DNA from: Octopus sinensis
Lineage: Eukaryota
Direction: 5' to 3'
Length of the DNA: 64,000 nucleotides
Assembly: GCF_006345805.1 (NCBI RefSeq)
Contig: NW_021836312.1
Coordinates: forward strand, 3,207-67,206
A program made the position numbers and the translations under genes. Positions 1 to 13,585 of the stretch are shown here, in pieces. The notes beneath the pieces are model-generated. The model was not told the origin of the DNA. It did no database searches and saw only the letters and a list, made by a program, of their open reading frames with translations. The stretch's first letter is position 1. The number at the start of each line of letters is the position of its first letter.

Positions 1-375
1 ATGATAGGAATAGTAAATGATGTAAAAACAGTGATTGTGGTGGTGGAGTAAGCGATGTGAAAGACAGTGGTAATGGTAGTGGAGAAGAAGGCTGGCAATT
101 CAAAGCTATTGATAGTGGTGGTATCAGAAGTCTGAATAGTGCGTGTATGGCAGTTGTGGTGGCGATGGTGGTGATACTGGCTGGTGATGGTTATGGTTGC
201 AAACAATCTACAGAAAATGAGAGAGAGAACGAAAGAGGTTAGACAACAAAGAAATTGTACTGACACCTGAATCGGAAGAGAAAAATAAGTTCCAAGTCGA
301 TAAATTATACCATTGATTTGTTGAAAATTTTTCATTGCTTGAAAAATATTGGTCAAGTTTAATAAAATTTAGTAT

Positions 376-767
376 GGAGCAAGAGTGGCTGTGTGGTAAG
401 TAGCTTGCTTAGCACCCACATGGTTTTGGGTTCAGTCCCACTGCGTGGCAAGTGGGCAAATGTCTTCTTCTATAGCCTCGGGCCGACCAAAGCCTTGTGA
501 GCGGATTTGGTCGACAGTAAACTGAAAGAAGCCCGTCGTATATATGTATATATATTTATGTGTGTGTATATCTTTGTGTGTCTGTGTTTGTCTCCTCCAA
601 CATCGCTTGACAACCGATGCTGCTGTGTAGCTTAGTGGTTCGGCAAAAGAGACCGATAGAATAAGTACTAGGCTTAGAAAGAATTAGTCCTGGAGTCGAT
701 TTGCTCGACTAAAAGGCGGTGCTCCAGCATGGCCGCAGTCAAATGACTGAAACAAGCAAGTAAAGAG
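376..767 (+). mobile_element. SINE family A, near full length (tRNA head, CORE-like body, internal TA/TG microsatellite, LINE-derived tail)
   Basis: A-box-like GTGGCTGTGTGGTAAG, B-box-like GGGTTCAGTCCC, body GGCAAATGTCTTCTTCTATAGCCTCGGGCCGACCAAAGCC, tail GGCGGTGCTCCAGCATGGCCGCAGTCAAATGACTGAAAC; about ten homologous copies in the window. Confidence 0.9.
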
Positions 768-849
768 TATGTAATCAATGCATGAAGTGTCATTGTTGGG
801 CGGCTTTTAGGATGTTGTGTATATATATATATGTATGTTTATATATGTA

Positions 850-956
850 TGTTCGACGTCCCTTTGGTGTCCTGTACTCATATATGCATATATATGTACA
901 TGTAGAGGTAGGTACGTACATAATTTGTTTTATATGCATATGTTTTATTTCATTTA

Positions 957-960
<4 letters not shown>
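850..960 (+). repeat. Dispersed repeat fragment, homologous to 39291-39396
   Basis: Shared TTTGGTGTCCTGTACTCATATATG...ACATGTAGAGGTAGGTACGTACATA at both loci. Confidence 0.75.
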
Positions 961-1005
<45 letters not shown>

Positions 1006-1011
1006 GTGTGT

Positions 1012-1064
<53 letters not shown>

Positions 1065-1279
1065 ATGCTATCTCAAGAATTTGATGTGGAAATTTTAGTA
1101 ATATTCACGGTTTTAGGCATTAGACTGGCACATCATCAGACTTACATTGAAGGCAAGTTTTCCACATATGAAAAATGTCCGTATTGGTCTGGAACCCCAC
1201 AGTGTTGAAATCCCAGAACTCGGGTTCAGAGCTTCTCTGGAAATACTCTTCCTTTTCCTGACTAGCACACAAGATATGT

Positions 1280-1311
<32 letters not shown>

Positions 1312-1895
1312 ATATATAGATAATATATATATAATATATATATATATGAAATTAATACTTATATATATATATGCATGTATGTTTTTTTTTTAGGAAACAT
1401 CAATAATATTTAGTCTCTCTGATGTACAACAAGAGAGGTTAATTTTCTAGTTATGGAGAAAATCTCTTCTATTTTCGTATGGCGAAGTAATTCTACATTC
1501 AGATTTCAATGTACGTTTAAACGTGAAATGCAAAGGATGCCATTGATTAGTATTAGCATTGAACAGCATAAGCAAGGAATCTGCTCAAGTAAGTCAAGGG
1601 AGACAACTTTAAAATTGAACTTAATACTCATCAATAAATAGAGAATTAGGTGTAAACAATTGCTCTGGTAGTAAGAGAAACAAATGCGTTCATATTTCGA
1701 TCTCGTTAGCTTTCCTCATTGAAGCATAGTCTTACCATTCTTTGAAGTTGTTACAGAAATCAGATTTCATTTACTAAACTTTTATATGTTATCTAGCCAT
1801 TACCCAGAGGCGTAGATATATTCGATATGAGACAAATATTGGAAGACATTTACTATTCTTCCTCCCAGCTCACTGTTTTATTTTTACTATTATTG

Positions 1896-2005
1896 AAGCG
1901 GTAAGTTGGCAGAATAGTTTGCATGTCGAAAGAAGGCACAGTGTCATTACTTCTCTCCTTACGTTCTGAGTTCAAATTTCGTCGTGATCGACTTTGCCTT
2001 TCACA
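1896..2005 (+). mobile_element. SINE family B, degenerate 5' fragment
   Basis: TTGGCAGAA...TTACGTTCTGAGTTCAAATTTCGTCGTGATCGACTTTGCCTTTCA matches the intact copies at 10622 and 56823. Confidence 0.7.
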
Positions 2006-2031
2006 CCAAAATTTGAAATCACAGTTATAAT

Positions 2032-2120
2032 CATTCTTTGTAAGCCTAGTATATATGCTATCGTAAACACACCAACATCGGTTGTCAAGCGATGGGGGGC
2101 GTGACAAACACAGACACACA

Positions 2121-2155
<35 letters not shown>

Positions 2156-2246
2156 GATGGGCTTTCAGTTTCCGTTTACCACATCCACTGAGAAGGTTTT
2201 GGTTGACCCGAGGCTATAGCAGAAGACACTTGCCCAAGGTGCCACA
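2032..2246 (-). mobile_element. SINE family A fragment
   Basis: Reverse complement of the A body (GACCCGAGGCTATAGCAGAAGACACTTGCCCAAGGTGCCAC) with internal (TA)n. Confidence 0.85.
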
Positions 2247-2495
2247 CATATCAAGATAAGCAACAGGATATCAAGTAGTGATGCAGTACTGCGTTACGAC
2301 ATGATATCCTGTGGCTTATTTTGATTTTATTCACTTTACGTCGAGCTGTGCGGATAATATCGGACTGACTTTATGCTTCAATTAAGTACCTAATTCAACT
2401 GAATCTCAATATATGTATATATATATATATACATATATATATATACATACATATACATACAACATATTATATATATATATATTATATATATATAT

Positions 2496-2537
<42 letters not shown>

Positions 2538-3199
2538 TAATTTATACATTAAATATATATATATATATCACCATTATATAGGGAGTATCAAATTATATTG
2601 GAATCAACTTCGTCCTTCAACTATTTTGGGATTTAGAAGCAAATAGTACCAGTTATAAGTTGAGTCATTTCAGATGTTAGTCATCCACCTCAACAAATGC
2701 CATGCTAAGTACTAATTTAAGAAATCGTTATTTGTTGAGAAATGATGGATATAATAACAATTTACTTCTAGTATTCCAGATATCTCAAAATTGCTGCATC
2801 CGTAAAGAAACAATTATTTTCCGTCTTGCTTGTGATGTTGTTTTTATGTTCGTTGTTGTTAATGTTGATAAATGCTTTTATTTCTAGATGTTATGGAATT
2901 TAGTGTTGCCTTTTTACTTTCGCTGCTCTCAAAGTACCTTTTATCCAATTTCTAACATGTAAGGAAAGCCATAATAGAATTAATGGAAAATATTTTGTGA
3001 AATATCCTTCCAATCCCATTTGTTTTTTTTGTTTTTTATATGTATTTGTTTGTTAGTTATATTGCAAGGGTGAAGGTTCTTGGTATAAATTGAATCCTCG
3101 CTTACAAATAGGCTGTTTATTTTGCAGTGCTGCCTCTGTAACATCTCTAATACAAAACTGTAATAGATCTCAATTATCGAGATAAATTGGATTTGATAT

Positions 3200-3589
3200 C
3201 TATGTTATTGATGTTGTGAGGGAGGGGCTTCAGTGTTAGTATTTTTGGGTTTGATGATCACGTCGTTGTTGTTGTTGTTGTTACTGAAGGTGGTGGAGGT
3301 GGAGGTAATACTGTTGCAGTCTGTACTGCTGCTGGTGGTGGTGGTGGTGGTGGTGATATCGGTGCTGTTGTTGTTGTTGTTGGTAGTAATGGTGATGGTA
3401 GTGAAGATGATGGTTGTATAGTGTGTTGTTATTGCGAATTGATTTTGTTGGGAAGGTAGACATTGTTGAGGTTAATGACGTTGCTTTAAATGTTCGTCTT
3501 GTTTTTGTTGCTGTTGTGGCTGTTCACATCATCATCATCATTATTTTTGCTATTATTGTTGTTACTATTGCTACTGCTGTTGTTGTTGC

Positions 3590-3684
<95 letters not shown>

Positions 3685-3894
3685 TTGTTGTGGTTATTAT
3701 TATTATCATTATTATTATTGTTATTATTATTATTGTTATTATTATTATTATTATCATTATTATTATTATCATTATTATTATTATTATCATTATTATTATT
3801 ATTATTATTATCATTATTATTATTATCATTATTATTATTATTATTATTATCATTATTATTATTATTAGTAGTAGTAGTAGTAGTATTGTTGTTG

Positions 3895-3931
<37 letters not shown>

Positions 3932-4038
3932 CATTATTATTATTATTATTATTATCATTATTATTATTATCATTATTATTATTATTATTATTATCATTAT
4001 TATTATTATTAGTAGTAGTAGTAGTAGTATTGTTGTTG

Positions 4039-4075
<37 letters not shown>

Positions 4076-4130
4076 CATTATTATTATTATTATTATTACT
4101 TTGTAGTTCATATTGTTCTTGTTAGTAACG
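3200..4130. repeat. Compound trinucleotide microsatellite (GTT/GGT/ATT/AGT) with higher-order repetition
   Basis: Direct reading; the (AGT)n-ATT-(GTT)n-(ATT/ATC)n block recurs at about 3651, 3867 and 4011. Confidence 0.95.
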
Positions 4131-6143
4131 ATAGTAATGAACGATGGAGGTGGCAGTGTGTTTGTTGTTTACATAGGATTTATTCGGGTCGGAGTTAAAT
4201 GTGTTATTGTGTATCGATGATGGTGATGGTGGTGGTAATGCTGGGTGGTGTTGGTGATGATGATAATGGCGAAGAGGAGGAGGATCATGTTGTTTTTACG
4301 GAGGTGGATGATGTTAATGTTAATAATATTAGCTTTGATCTTATTGTTAGTTGGAGGGAAGAATTGGGCGATGTGTTGTTAGAGTTAATGGAAAGACTTA
4401 CTGCTGAGATGTTGACGTTGAATTATCATTGTGCTTGTTGTTGATGTGTTTAATTCGAAAGTTGAACCACGGTGAAGGTCCTATGCAGTTCATCATTATT
4501 ATTATCATTATCATAAGGTCGTGGTATCGATTCTTGGACATGCTCGACGTTCCATGAAATCAAGAGCGCAAGGGCCGACAGACTTTCTATATCTGTTTGC
4601 AAGTAAATAGGTACCGAATACAGTTAAGGTAAGTATAACTGCTACCTTGCCATATTCGCTTTCGAGTGACGGTAATAGTTGTGAATCGTAATATATTTAA
4701 TGAAGATTTATGTTTTCTTTGTGTTTGTTGATGTTGTTTGCTGTATGATCATTAAATTGTTTACGTACTGACAATACTGTTGAGAGCGTCAAGATGTCAT
4801 TTTTTAAACTCAGAATCAAGCTTTGATCATTTCAATCACGACTATCAGGTATTTATTTTCTTTCAAATTGTATCCATAGTCTAGTGGTTCATTCCATTTT
4901 AAACATGCTAGGGCATGATTTGAGGAAGGTTTGGCTACGGTTACTAGCACGAAAAGAAAACACGAGACACTTCCCTTTCTCGTTCATAAGTAGACTGTAA
5001 GATTCTAGCTTGAGTAACGATTTAAATATCTTGCGGTGCTTCGTTTTGACTCTAAGATCCAAGTTCAAATCCTCCAGCGACAACTTGAACTATTGCTATT
5101 ACACTCGTACGGGTCGTTTCTCATCTGTCACACTAGATCTTAACACATACCGCTTGGAATACTACCTTTCTTCTGAGTGCTGCATGTAGTTGCCAAGACA
5201 AAATGAGGAATTGCAGTATATTATTATATCAATGACACACACACACAAATACACACATACAAATACAAACAAACGCACATACACACACACACATACAGCC
5301 CCCCACACACATACGCATACACAAACACAAACACATGTACGTAAAGACGCAATCACACGGACACACATACACACACAGAAAACACACGCACAAATACACA
5401 CATACACAAACACACACAGTAACATACACCCTAGAACACATACACGCACAAACACACACACATACACAAACACACACAAACACACACACACAAACACACA
5501 AACACACACAGAGACAGACACACATACACAAGCATACTCTTACAAACACACTCACAAAGACATACAAGCAAATAGAAATACACACACATTCTCTTTCTAG
5601 CTCTCTCAGTTCCGCCGCTTTATGCTTATGTTTGTAATTTATATATATATAAAACTGAGAATGTGTGTCTGTCTGTCTGTCTGTGTAAATCCCTATAACG
5701 TAAGAAGTACACAACCAATTTCATTCAAATTTTACACATGCCTTACTTAGGGTCCATGTAGTGTCATGGGCACAAAATGACACCCTTCTTGCCTAGGGTG
5801 AGCCTACAGCAACATCACATTTCCACTATTTCAGTATTACGTGTTAAAAGGGAAACAAAAGCATCACCGTATTGTATGTATATGGATGTATGTATATATA
5901 TATATATATGTATATATATATACATGTATATATGTATACATGTATATATATATATGTAGCTGCATATGTATACATGTATATGAATAGATGTATTTCTATA
6001 GATATACATGTATATGTAAACAAGTATGTCTAGATGTATATATAGGTGTACATGTAATACGTACACATATATATATATACATATATATACATGCATACCT
6101 ATATACACCCATACACACACACACGCCGATCCACCTACCCACA

Positions 6144-6451
6144 GGTGCAGGTGTGGCTGTGTGGTAACAGACTTGTTCCAAAACACATGGTCCTCAGTTC
6201 AGTCCCACTCTGTGGTAACTTGGCATGTGTCTTCTGCTATAGCCTCAGACCAACCAAAGCCTGGTCAGTGGATTTTGTAGACAGAAACTGAAAGAAATCA
6301 ATTGTATGTATATGTATGTATATATGTAAGTCTATGTGTGTGTCTTCGTGTTTCTCCCTCATCACTGCTTCACAACTGGTGTTCGATTATTTACATCCCC
6401 ATAACTTACTGGTTTCACAAGAAGAAACTGATAGAATAAGTACCAGGCTTA
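6144..6451 (+). mobile_element. SINE family A, diverged, lacking the terminal tail
   Basis: GTGGCTGTGTGGTAAC...GTTCAGTCCCACT...CTATAGCCTCAGACCAACCAAAGCC...GATAGAATAAGTACCAGGCTT. Confidence 0.85.
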
Positions 6452-6510
6452 TCAAAATATAAAACAGCACTACGAAGTGTCTCATATTTTTGTTTGCCCA
6501 CTCAGTTGTA

Positions 6511-7014
6511 TCTATCAATTTATCTTTGTGTGTGTGTGTTTGTGTTACTTCAAGTAACGACTAGGGTAGGGTAACTGACTGCTTATTGTGATCATGCGTC
6601 TTTTGGTTTCCTGTAGCTTTGCTCTCTTTTACAAAACCAGTGAACATATATCTCCTATTTGAAAGAAATCCACACAATAGATATAAGATCCAAGTTACCA
6701 TTAAGATGCCGACCCCCAACTGGGGCCTTAACTCTCACATTTTAGAGCTCCATGACCTTCATTTTTTAGGAGCAAAATCTTTTTAACAGGTTCAATACCA
6801 CTGGAATTTTGGAATATGCGCATTAAAATTAGTAGTATGGGATACATGTGGCACGATTACAAATTTTTTAGGGTGGGTAAAGAGGGAAATAACCCTCATC
6901 TGCAATTTTGATGAAATTCGAAACATAGATATTCCAGTTCATTACAGAAAATATAACAGAAATGTCTAATTCTTCAATTGAATGTAACCGGGCAACGCCG
7001 GGTATCTCTGCTAG
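6511..7014 (+). mobile_element. Non-autonomous Helitron/Helentron-like element
   Basis: 3' end has the GC-rich hairpin CCGGGCAACGCCGGG (6988-7002) followed by CTAG|T (7011-7015). Putative 5' A|TC at 6510/6511 precedes a TG run; the 5' boundary is less certain. Confidence 0.7.
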
Positions 7015-7274
7015 TCAATCGATATAATTAATGAAATTATGTCATGATTGTGTAGAATTCTCTTGTTTTAGTTGAGTCGTTGTTGTGATGTTGACGAACA
7101 ATCCTAAACAGTCTTGGATAGAGCAGACATTTGACATGTGAATAACAAATTCATTCCTTTTATTATGACAGAGTATGTCCAAATTTAAGTACAAAAAGAG
7201 AAATTCTGATTAGATATGTTTTGAAAAACTATACATGCGTATTTAGATACAAATATACATACATATTGAATACA

Positions 7275-7343
<69 letters not shown>

Positions 7344-7354
7344 CTATCTATCTA

Positions 7355-7997
<643 letters not shown>

Positions 7998-8068
7998 TAT
8001 ATATATATATATATACACATACATGCATACATACTAATCTGTCTATTTATCTATTATATATATATATA

Positions 8069-8260
8069 TTCTTTTATTCTTTTATTTTTTCAGTCATTTG
8101 ATTGCAGCCATGCTGGAGCACAACCCTTAGTCGAGCAAATCAATCTAGGGACTTCTTTGTAAGCCTAGTACTTATTCTATCGGTCTTTTTTTCCGAACCG
8201 CTAGGTTACGGGGGACGTAAACACACCAACATCGGTTGTAAAGCGATGGTGGGGGACAAC
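8069..8260 (-). mobile_element. SINE family A, 3' half
   Basis: Reverse complement of the tail (TTTCAGTCATTTGATTGCAGCCATGCTGGAGCAC) and of the GATAGAATAAGTACTAGGCTT module. Confidence 0.85.
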
Positions 8261-8339
8261 CAGAGTCGCACAAGCATTTACACACACATATGTATGTTTA
8301 TATATATATACATATATATATATATATCAGTAACAATAT

Positions 8340-8512
8340 AGGGTGAAATTAATTAATTTGGAATAATTATTAATTACACCAAATAGATTTCGGCATGTAA
8401 AAGCCTCATTCGAGGAAAATTTAAGTAATACTAAGCAATTAAGGGTTTAGCAACGAATTGCCTCACCACACACCGAATTTAGAAATAGCAGTCAAAGAGT
8501 TATAGCTATTCT
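8340..8512. repeat. Dispersed PLE-like repeat fragment; part recurs inverted at 31555-31625
   Basis: CCTCACCACACACCGAATTTAGAAATAGCAGTCAAAGAGTTATAGCTATTCT is the reverse complement (two mismatches) of AGAATAGCCATAACTCGTTGACTGCTATTTCTAAATTCGGTGTGTGGTGAGG; PLE assignment is inference. Confidence 0.65.
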
Positions 8513-8880
8513 GCTATATATATATATATATCGTCCTGGTTTTGTTATGATTGTTTTTACGTTATTTTGTATTTTTATCCGTGCTTTCTTTATTGTTTTT
8601 ACGTATTTTTTTTCGAGTAACATCGTCCGTTTTTCCGTCACCGTGTTGTATACTTTCGAGGTTTTCTTCCAAGGAATCTAATGCGATTGGCTTAGATTTC
8701 CCTTGGTTGGCTGCCCAGATTGGAGCAATCTCAAGATTAATCAGCCGAAATTGCGAAGATGATCTGGTTCTTGACTGATGACTGAGAGCTTCGAAAGTCC
8801 CGTCTGTGTGTTTTTTTTTTTTTTTTGCCGTCTTCAAAATGTTTCACATTCTTGTCCCAGTTTGTGTTTTTTTAACGTTA

Positions 8881-8940
<60 letters not shown>

Positions 8941-8941
<1 letters not shown>

Positions 8942-9073
8942 GACAGTCTTTTTTCAGTTTCCGTCTACCAAATCCACTCACAATGTACTTGGCCAAGGTG
9001 CCTCGCAGTGGGACTGAACCTGGAACCATGTGGTTGTTAAGCAACCTACTTACCACTCAGCCACTCCTGCGCC
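8941..9073 (-). mobile_element. SINE family A, 5' half
   Basis: Reverse complement of the tRNA head, ending ...CCACTCAGCCACTCCTGCGCC. Confidence 0.85.
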
Positions 9074-10621
9074 TAGATAGAGATGTGTTTTGCATCGGGA
9101 AAACAAGACTACTGAGTTTTATATTGTACTAAAAATACGTGATAGACGCACGTGTCCCAAGGTGATGAGGATGTAACCAGAAACGCCATCGGATTTACTG
9201 AAGCTTGTCATGGATTGGGCCCAGCGTTGAGAGAGATTTACCCAATGCTCACATCACAACATTTGTTACGATATGGGATAGAACTTAGGAGATAAGAGGC
9301 ATGAGGAGGAGAAGAAGGACAATAACAATAATAACAGCAGCAGCAACAACCGTAACATCCACAACAACAATAACAAAACAACAACACAACAAAGATAATT
9401 GCCTTTAGATTGAATTTTTTACTGTTATGGTAATCTCATTGTTTTGTTTTTATTGGGTTCCGTTCTTCTTAACTGAGTAAAAGAAAATGTACAGAACGCT
9501 AAAGACTTCCATGACACTCCAAGACTGATGGATGGAAAGAAGAAACTAATTTAACACCAGCTATCTTGGTAAGTTTAGTGGCTATTTTTGTTGTTGTCCC
9601 AAATGTTTATGATGCTGATGCTGAGAAATTGGCATAAAATTTAACATAAAAAACAACTTTAACTCATCAGCTTTAAATAGTTCATCATTTTGAACAGTAA
9701 AATTGCAGATTGTAGATACAAGTAAAGGGTCCCCCGTCAGTGAGATAAGCTTAATGTTACTGAAGTTGTTATTATTTAACCCTTGACATGCACTGATCTT
9801 AAAAATATTTGAATGAAGGCATTCCAGTTATGATCATTCAACCCTTTACTCGCGTAAATGAAAACCATGTCGGCCCTATAAAACATGCTTAGTTTTAAAG
9901 GCTGTTGTTTCTTCTCCTTTCCAGCAGATAAAACAAGCAAAAAGAGCCACGATGCTAGTGAGGTTACAAATGTTAGTATTGGGAACTTTTTGGATTGGAA
10001 CCGTTATTATTACTGGTATTAACTTACATAGTTATTGCTGGTGTTGTTATTAAGTTTAAATGTGCAGTAACAGCGGGTGTTATTTTCAACGAAAGATTCT
10101 GTTGATTTAAACTGCAGGCCAATCCTGATCGAGCGGATATGTGTTCAAAATAAAGCATTTCTACGATGATCGAACTGTGATCTCCAGTCATAGTACATGT
10201 ACAATGACATGACTAATTGCTCCCAGCCCTACATCGTTGATATTTTCAACTACCTTTCTTTAGAATGCAATGAGCAGTTGGTAAGCTGCAGGGATTACTT
10301 AGCAATACAACTTGAGAAATGGTCTGCGATAGGCCTAAGATGGCAAACACATGTAATACGCCTATTTGTGCAAACGGCAACCACACTGGCTTCCCGCTAT
10401 TATTGTCTAAGTATCACTGCAGAGCGTTATATCGTGCTAGCGTATCAGCAACTGTTTTACTTTGAAGCCCAGTTACTAGCTGCATTAGTTGGAAGCAGAT
10501 GAACCTCACAAAGTCTTGATTTGTATCTCCCACAAGAAACTTGAGAGCAAACACTACGATGTAGTTCGATATTTGTTTTGACAAGCTGCAACAATAAAAA
10601 GGTGGTATACTACAACAAAAA

Positions 10622-10853
10622 GGCAGCAAGCTGGCAGAAACGTTAGCACGCCGGGCGAAATTCTTACCGGTATTTCGTCTGCCGTTATGTTCTGAGTTCA
10701 AATTCCGCCGAGGTCGACTTTGCTTTTCATCCTTTCGGGGTCGATCAAATAAGTACCAGTTACGCCCTGGGGTCGATGTAATCGACTTAATCCATTTGTC
10801 TGTCCCTGTTTGTTCCCTCTGTGTTTAGCCCCTTGTGGGTAGTAAAGAAATAG
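10622..10853 (+). mobile_element. SINE family B, full length
   Basis: GGCAGCAAGCTGGCAGAAACGTTAGCACGCCGGGCGAAAT...GTTCTGAGTTCAAATTCC (B box)...GGGGTCGATGTAATCGACTT...GTAGTAAAGAAATAG. Confidence 0.92.
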
Positions 10854-12191
10854 ATACACTACAAAAACAATTTAAACGCTAGCCACTTTCGCCCGACATT
10901 TTATGGAAACTTTCTTTGTTGACCATTTCCAAAAACAGTAACCATTCTTATCTTCAAATCGTACTAGCTTTATTTAATGAAGTTGATATTGCAGGTAATC
11001 CTGTCGACTGATTTGCTTCTTAGCGAATACTCGAAATATCCACTGCATCCTCAAGTGTAACTAGATTTTCTCGCAATCATAGTTTTGGCTGAGTGGTGGA
11101 GAAAGTCATTGAGATAGTCAGCCAAGTCTACAGTTACTAGTATGTCGATACTTGCATAATGATTAAGGAAATATAATAAGGAATTGAACCTCTGAAAATA
11201 TATTACAGATGAATTTATTCCTTAACCTTTTGTTGTTGAAATTTGTTGTCGAAGCCTGTCTTTACTGACATCAAACTAAAAATATTCACTGTACCAAATT
11301 TAATGCCAGTCAAGGTCCATAATATGCAAGGATACGGTATAATTAACCAGTATCTAGTTTGCCATTGTGAAACACTTTCTGTGGGATTTCGAAACCATTT
11401 TGATTTTAACAAAATATAACGAACAGTATAATTTTAGTTGCTAAATCTCTAAACCTGTGCGATGCTTGTTTAACTCGGCGAAATATATTCAGAATTTGAA
11501 AAGATTTAATTTATAATATTTTATAAAACAGTAAAATAAATTATTCTAAAATAAGAGGAAATGAAAACGTCAATAACAAAGTAAAAAAGAAACTAACAAA
11601 CTATGGAACGATATTTCAAATATAGAAAAAAACAAGCAATATGTATTGAAGAAACTAAGCTAATAACATTTGTAACTGTGGGCTGTTTATATGGAATTAG
11701 ATTTTATTTTGGATATTTCCTTTCAAGATTGGGAATTTTACCTACAATATTGGTAAAGTGACATACGTTTATTCTGTTGAATAACTCACAGCAAAATACG
11801 GACGAACGTACGTATATACGCACGTATAACGATTATGTAAACAAATAAAATTTGACGTATACATATATATTCATACATATATGTATTTGATTTGCATTTA
11901 AAAATAACATAAATTTAGACGAATAAAATTTAAAACAAACATAAATTTCAATTATCTAAAGAAAAGTCAAGAAAGAGAAAAAAAAATTGGTAAATATTTT
12001 TTTAGAAGAAAATTTAGCAAATGTTATTGCTTTTGGTCATTAAGCAGCAGAGTACGAGACTGAAGTTGTACATTAGGCAACTTCAAACGACGGATTATGA
12101 TCAAAGAAAATCAATGCAATGAGCCACTAGCATTTGAATATAAGAATATACATACATACATACATACATACAAACACACATACACATACAC

Positions 12192-12263
<72 letters not shown>

Positions 12264-12435
12264 TATATATTATATATATATATATATATATTCATATATG
12301 GGAAAAGCGAGCGGGAGAAAGAGAGAGGGGAAGAAAGGGAAAGAGTGATGAATATAGATATATGCAAATACATCTATATGTACGTACATATTTGAATATA
12401 TGATATATTCATATATATCTATCTATCTATCTATC

Positions 12436-12472
<37 letters not shown>

Positions 12473-12701
12473 ATGTGTGTGTGTGTGTGTGTATAATTTT
12501 GAGCATGGATATTCTTTGAGTTCATATAGCTTTAGTATTTATATATTTTACTTGGGGTGCGGCTTTATTTCATTTTATTTTTCATAATAATGATAATAAT
12601 AATTTTATTATTATTATATTATCATTATTATTATTATATTATTATTATTATTATTATATTATATTATTATTATTATTATTATCATATTATTATTATTATT
12701 A

Positions 12702-12737
<36 letters not shown>

Positions 12738-12757
12738 CATTATTATTATTATTATTA

Positions 12758-12810
<53 letters not shown>

Positions 12811-13114
12811 GTTATTATTATTATTATTATTTTATTATTATTATTATATTATTATTATTATTATTATTATATCATTATTGACATTATTTCTTTATTAAAT
12901 AACATAATTAGAACCATTTTATTTATATATACATCTCAGTGGCTTATGACTGATATTGTTGATGTATCTTCGAGATTATTTAATGATTTATTCCAGTAGA
13001 ATTTTCTCCCAATTACATATGTAAATGCGATATTCATAACTGCATTATTACATTTAAATATGTCCATCTACAAAGATATTTCATATTGATATATTTACAT
13101 ACGTGTGTGACTGT

Positions 13115-13215
13115 ATGTGTGTGTATATGCCAATGTGTGTGTATATGCCAATGTGTGTGTATGTGCCTATGTGTGTGTATGTGCCTATGTGTGTGTATGT
13201 GCCTATGTGTGTGCC
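13115..13215 (+). repeat. 18-bp minisatellite, about 5 units
   Basis: ATGTGTGTGTATATGCCA x2 then ATGTGTGTGTATGTGCCT x3. Confidence 0.9.
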
Positions 13216-13424
13216 ACTGCGTGTGCATGCGTGTGTATGTATTTATAATATGTTTACTGATTCCCTGAGACTACATCACTGAATGCACCGGCAAATTTAA
13301 ATATCACGAGGTTGTTTGCATATGTGTAACTTGGGTGTCCATGGTGAGAGAAGTGAAATGCATTACAAATGTATACACACACACACATATTCACCACCAT
13401 GATAGGTTCCTAACCATTAAACCT

Positions 13425-13585
13425 CTTCTATTTTCTCTCCCTGTTTACTTCTGTGTTCACTTCTGTCGAAGAGCGTAAGCTCGAAACGTAAAAGACTTTC
13501 TCACTTCCCGAGCGTTAAACTAATACATCCGTTTGGTGTTTACACACCCACATTCTTCTTTTGTTCTTTTGCAAATTCTCGCTAT
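13425..13585 (+). mobile_element. Small hammerhead-variant element, copy 1 (diverged)
   Basis: CTGTCGA A GAGC-gtaa-GCTC GAAA CGT A at 13463-13490; flanks homologous to the 14095 and 56213 copies. Confidence 0.75.

Noticed and set aside
1146-1261. Minus-strand candidate exon (QEKEEYFQRSSEPEFWDFNTVGFQ..., donor GTAAGT)
   Set aside because: Weak acceptor next to (TA)n, two frames open, no recognisable homology
1797-1900. Plus-strand candidate exon with GTAAGT donor
   Set aside because: The donor lies inside a degenerate SINE-B head; two frames open; no homology
3233-4125. Long ORFs of poly-I/L/Y/S (also 12557-12898, 35591-36345 and the many IYIY/CVCV/THTH ORFs)
   Set aside because: Translations of di- and trinucleotide microsatellites, open in several frames on both strands; no coding signal
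4518-4602. Peptide RRSMKSRAQGPTDFLYL resembling a cyclic-nucleotide-binding motif
   Set aside because: Only about six identities, no polypyrimidine acceptor, no supporting neighbouring exons
8375-8420. Minus-strand hammerhead-like CGAAUGA GGC-ttttacat-GCC GAAA
   Set aside because: Core positions 4-5 altered and no helix I/III or UH; at best a decayed motif
8770-8812. CTGATGA...GAAA in a PLE-like repeat
   Set aside because: Helix II weak and helix I cannot be formed
9524-9568. 45-nt candidate exon TDGWKEETNLTPAIL with GTAAGT donor
   Set aside because: Poor acceptor and too short to evaluate without RNA data
10200-11160. Possible Gypsy gag-like remnant (LVTLEDAVDISSIR)
   Set aside because: Single weak motif amid many stops; not supportable by eye
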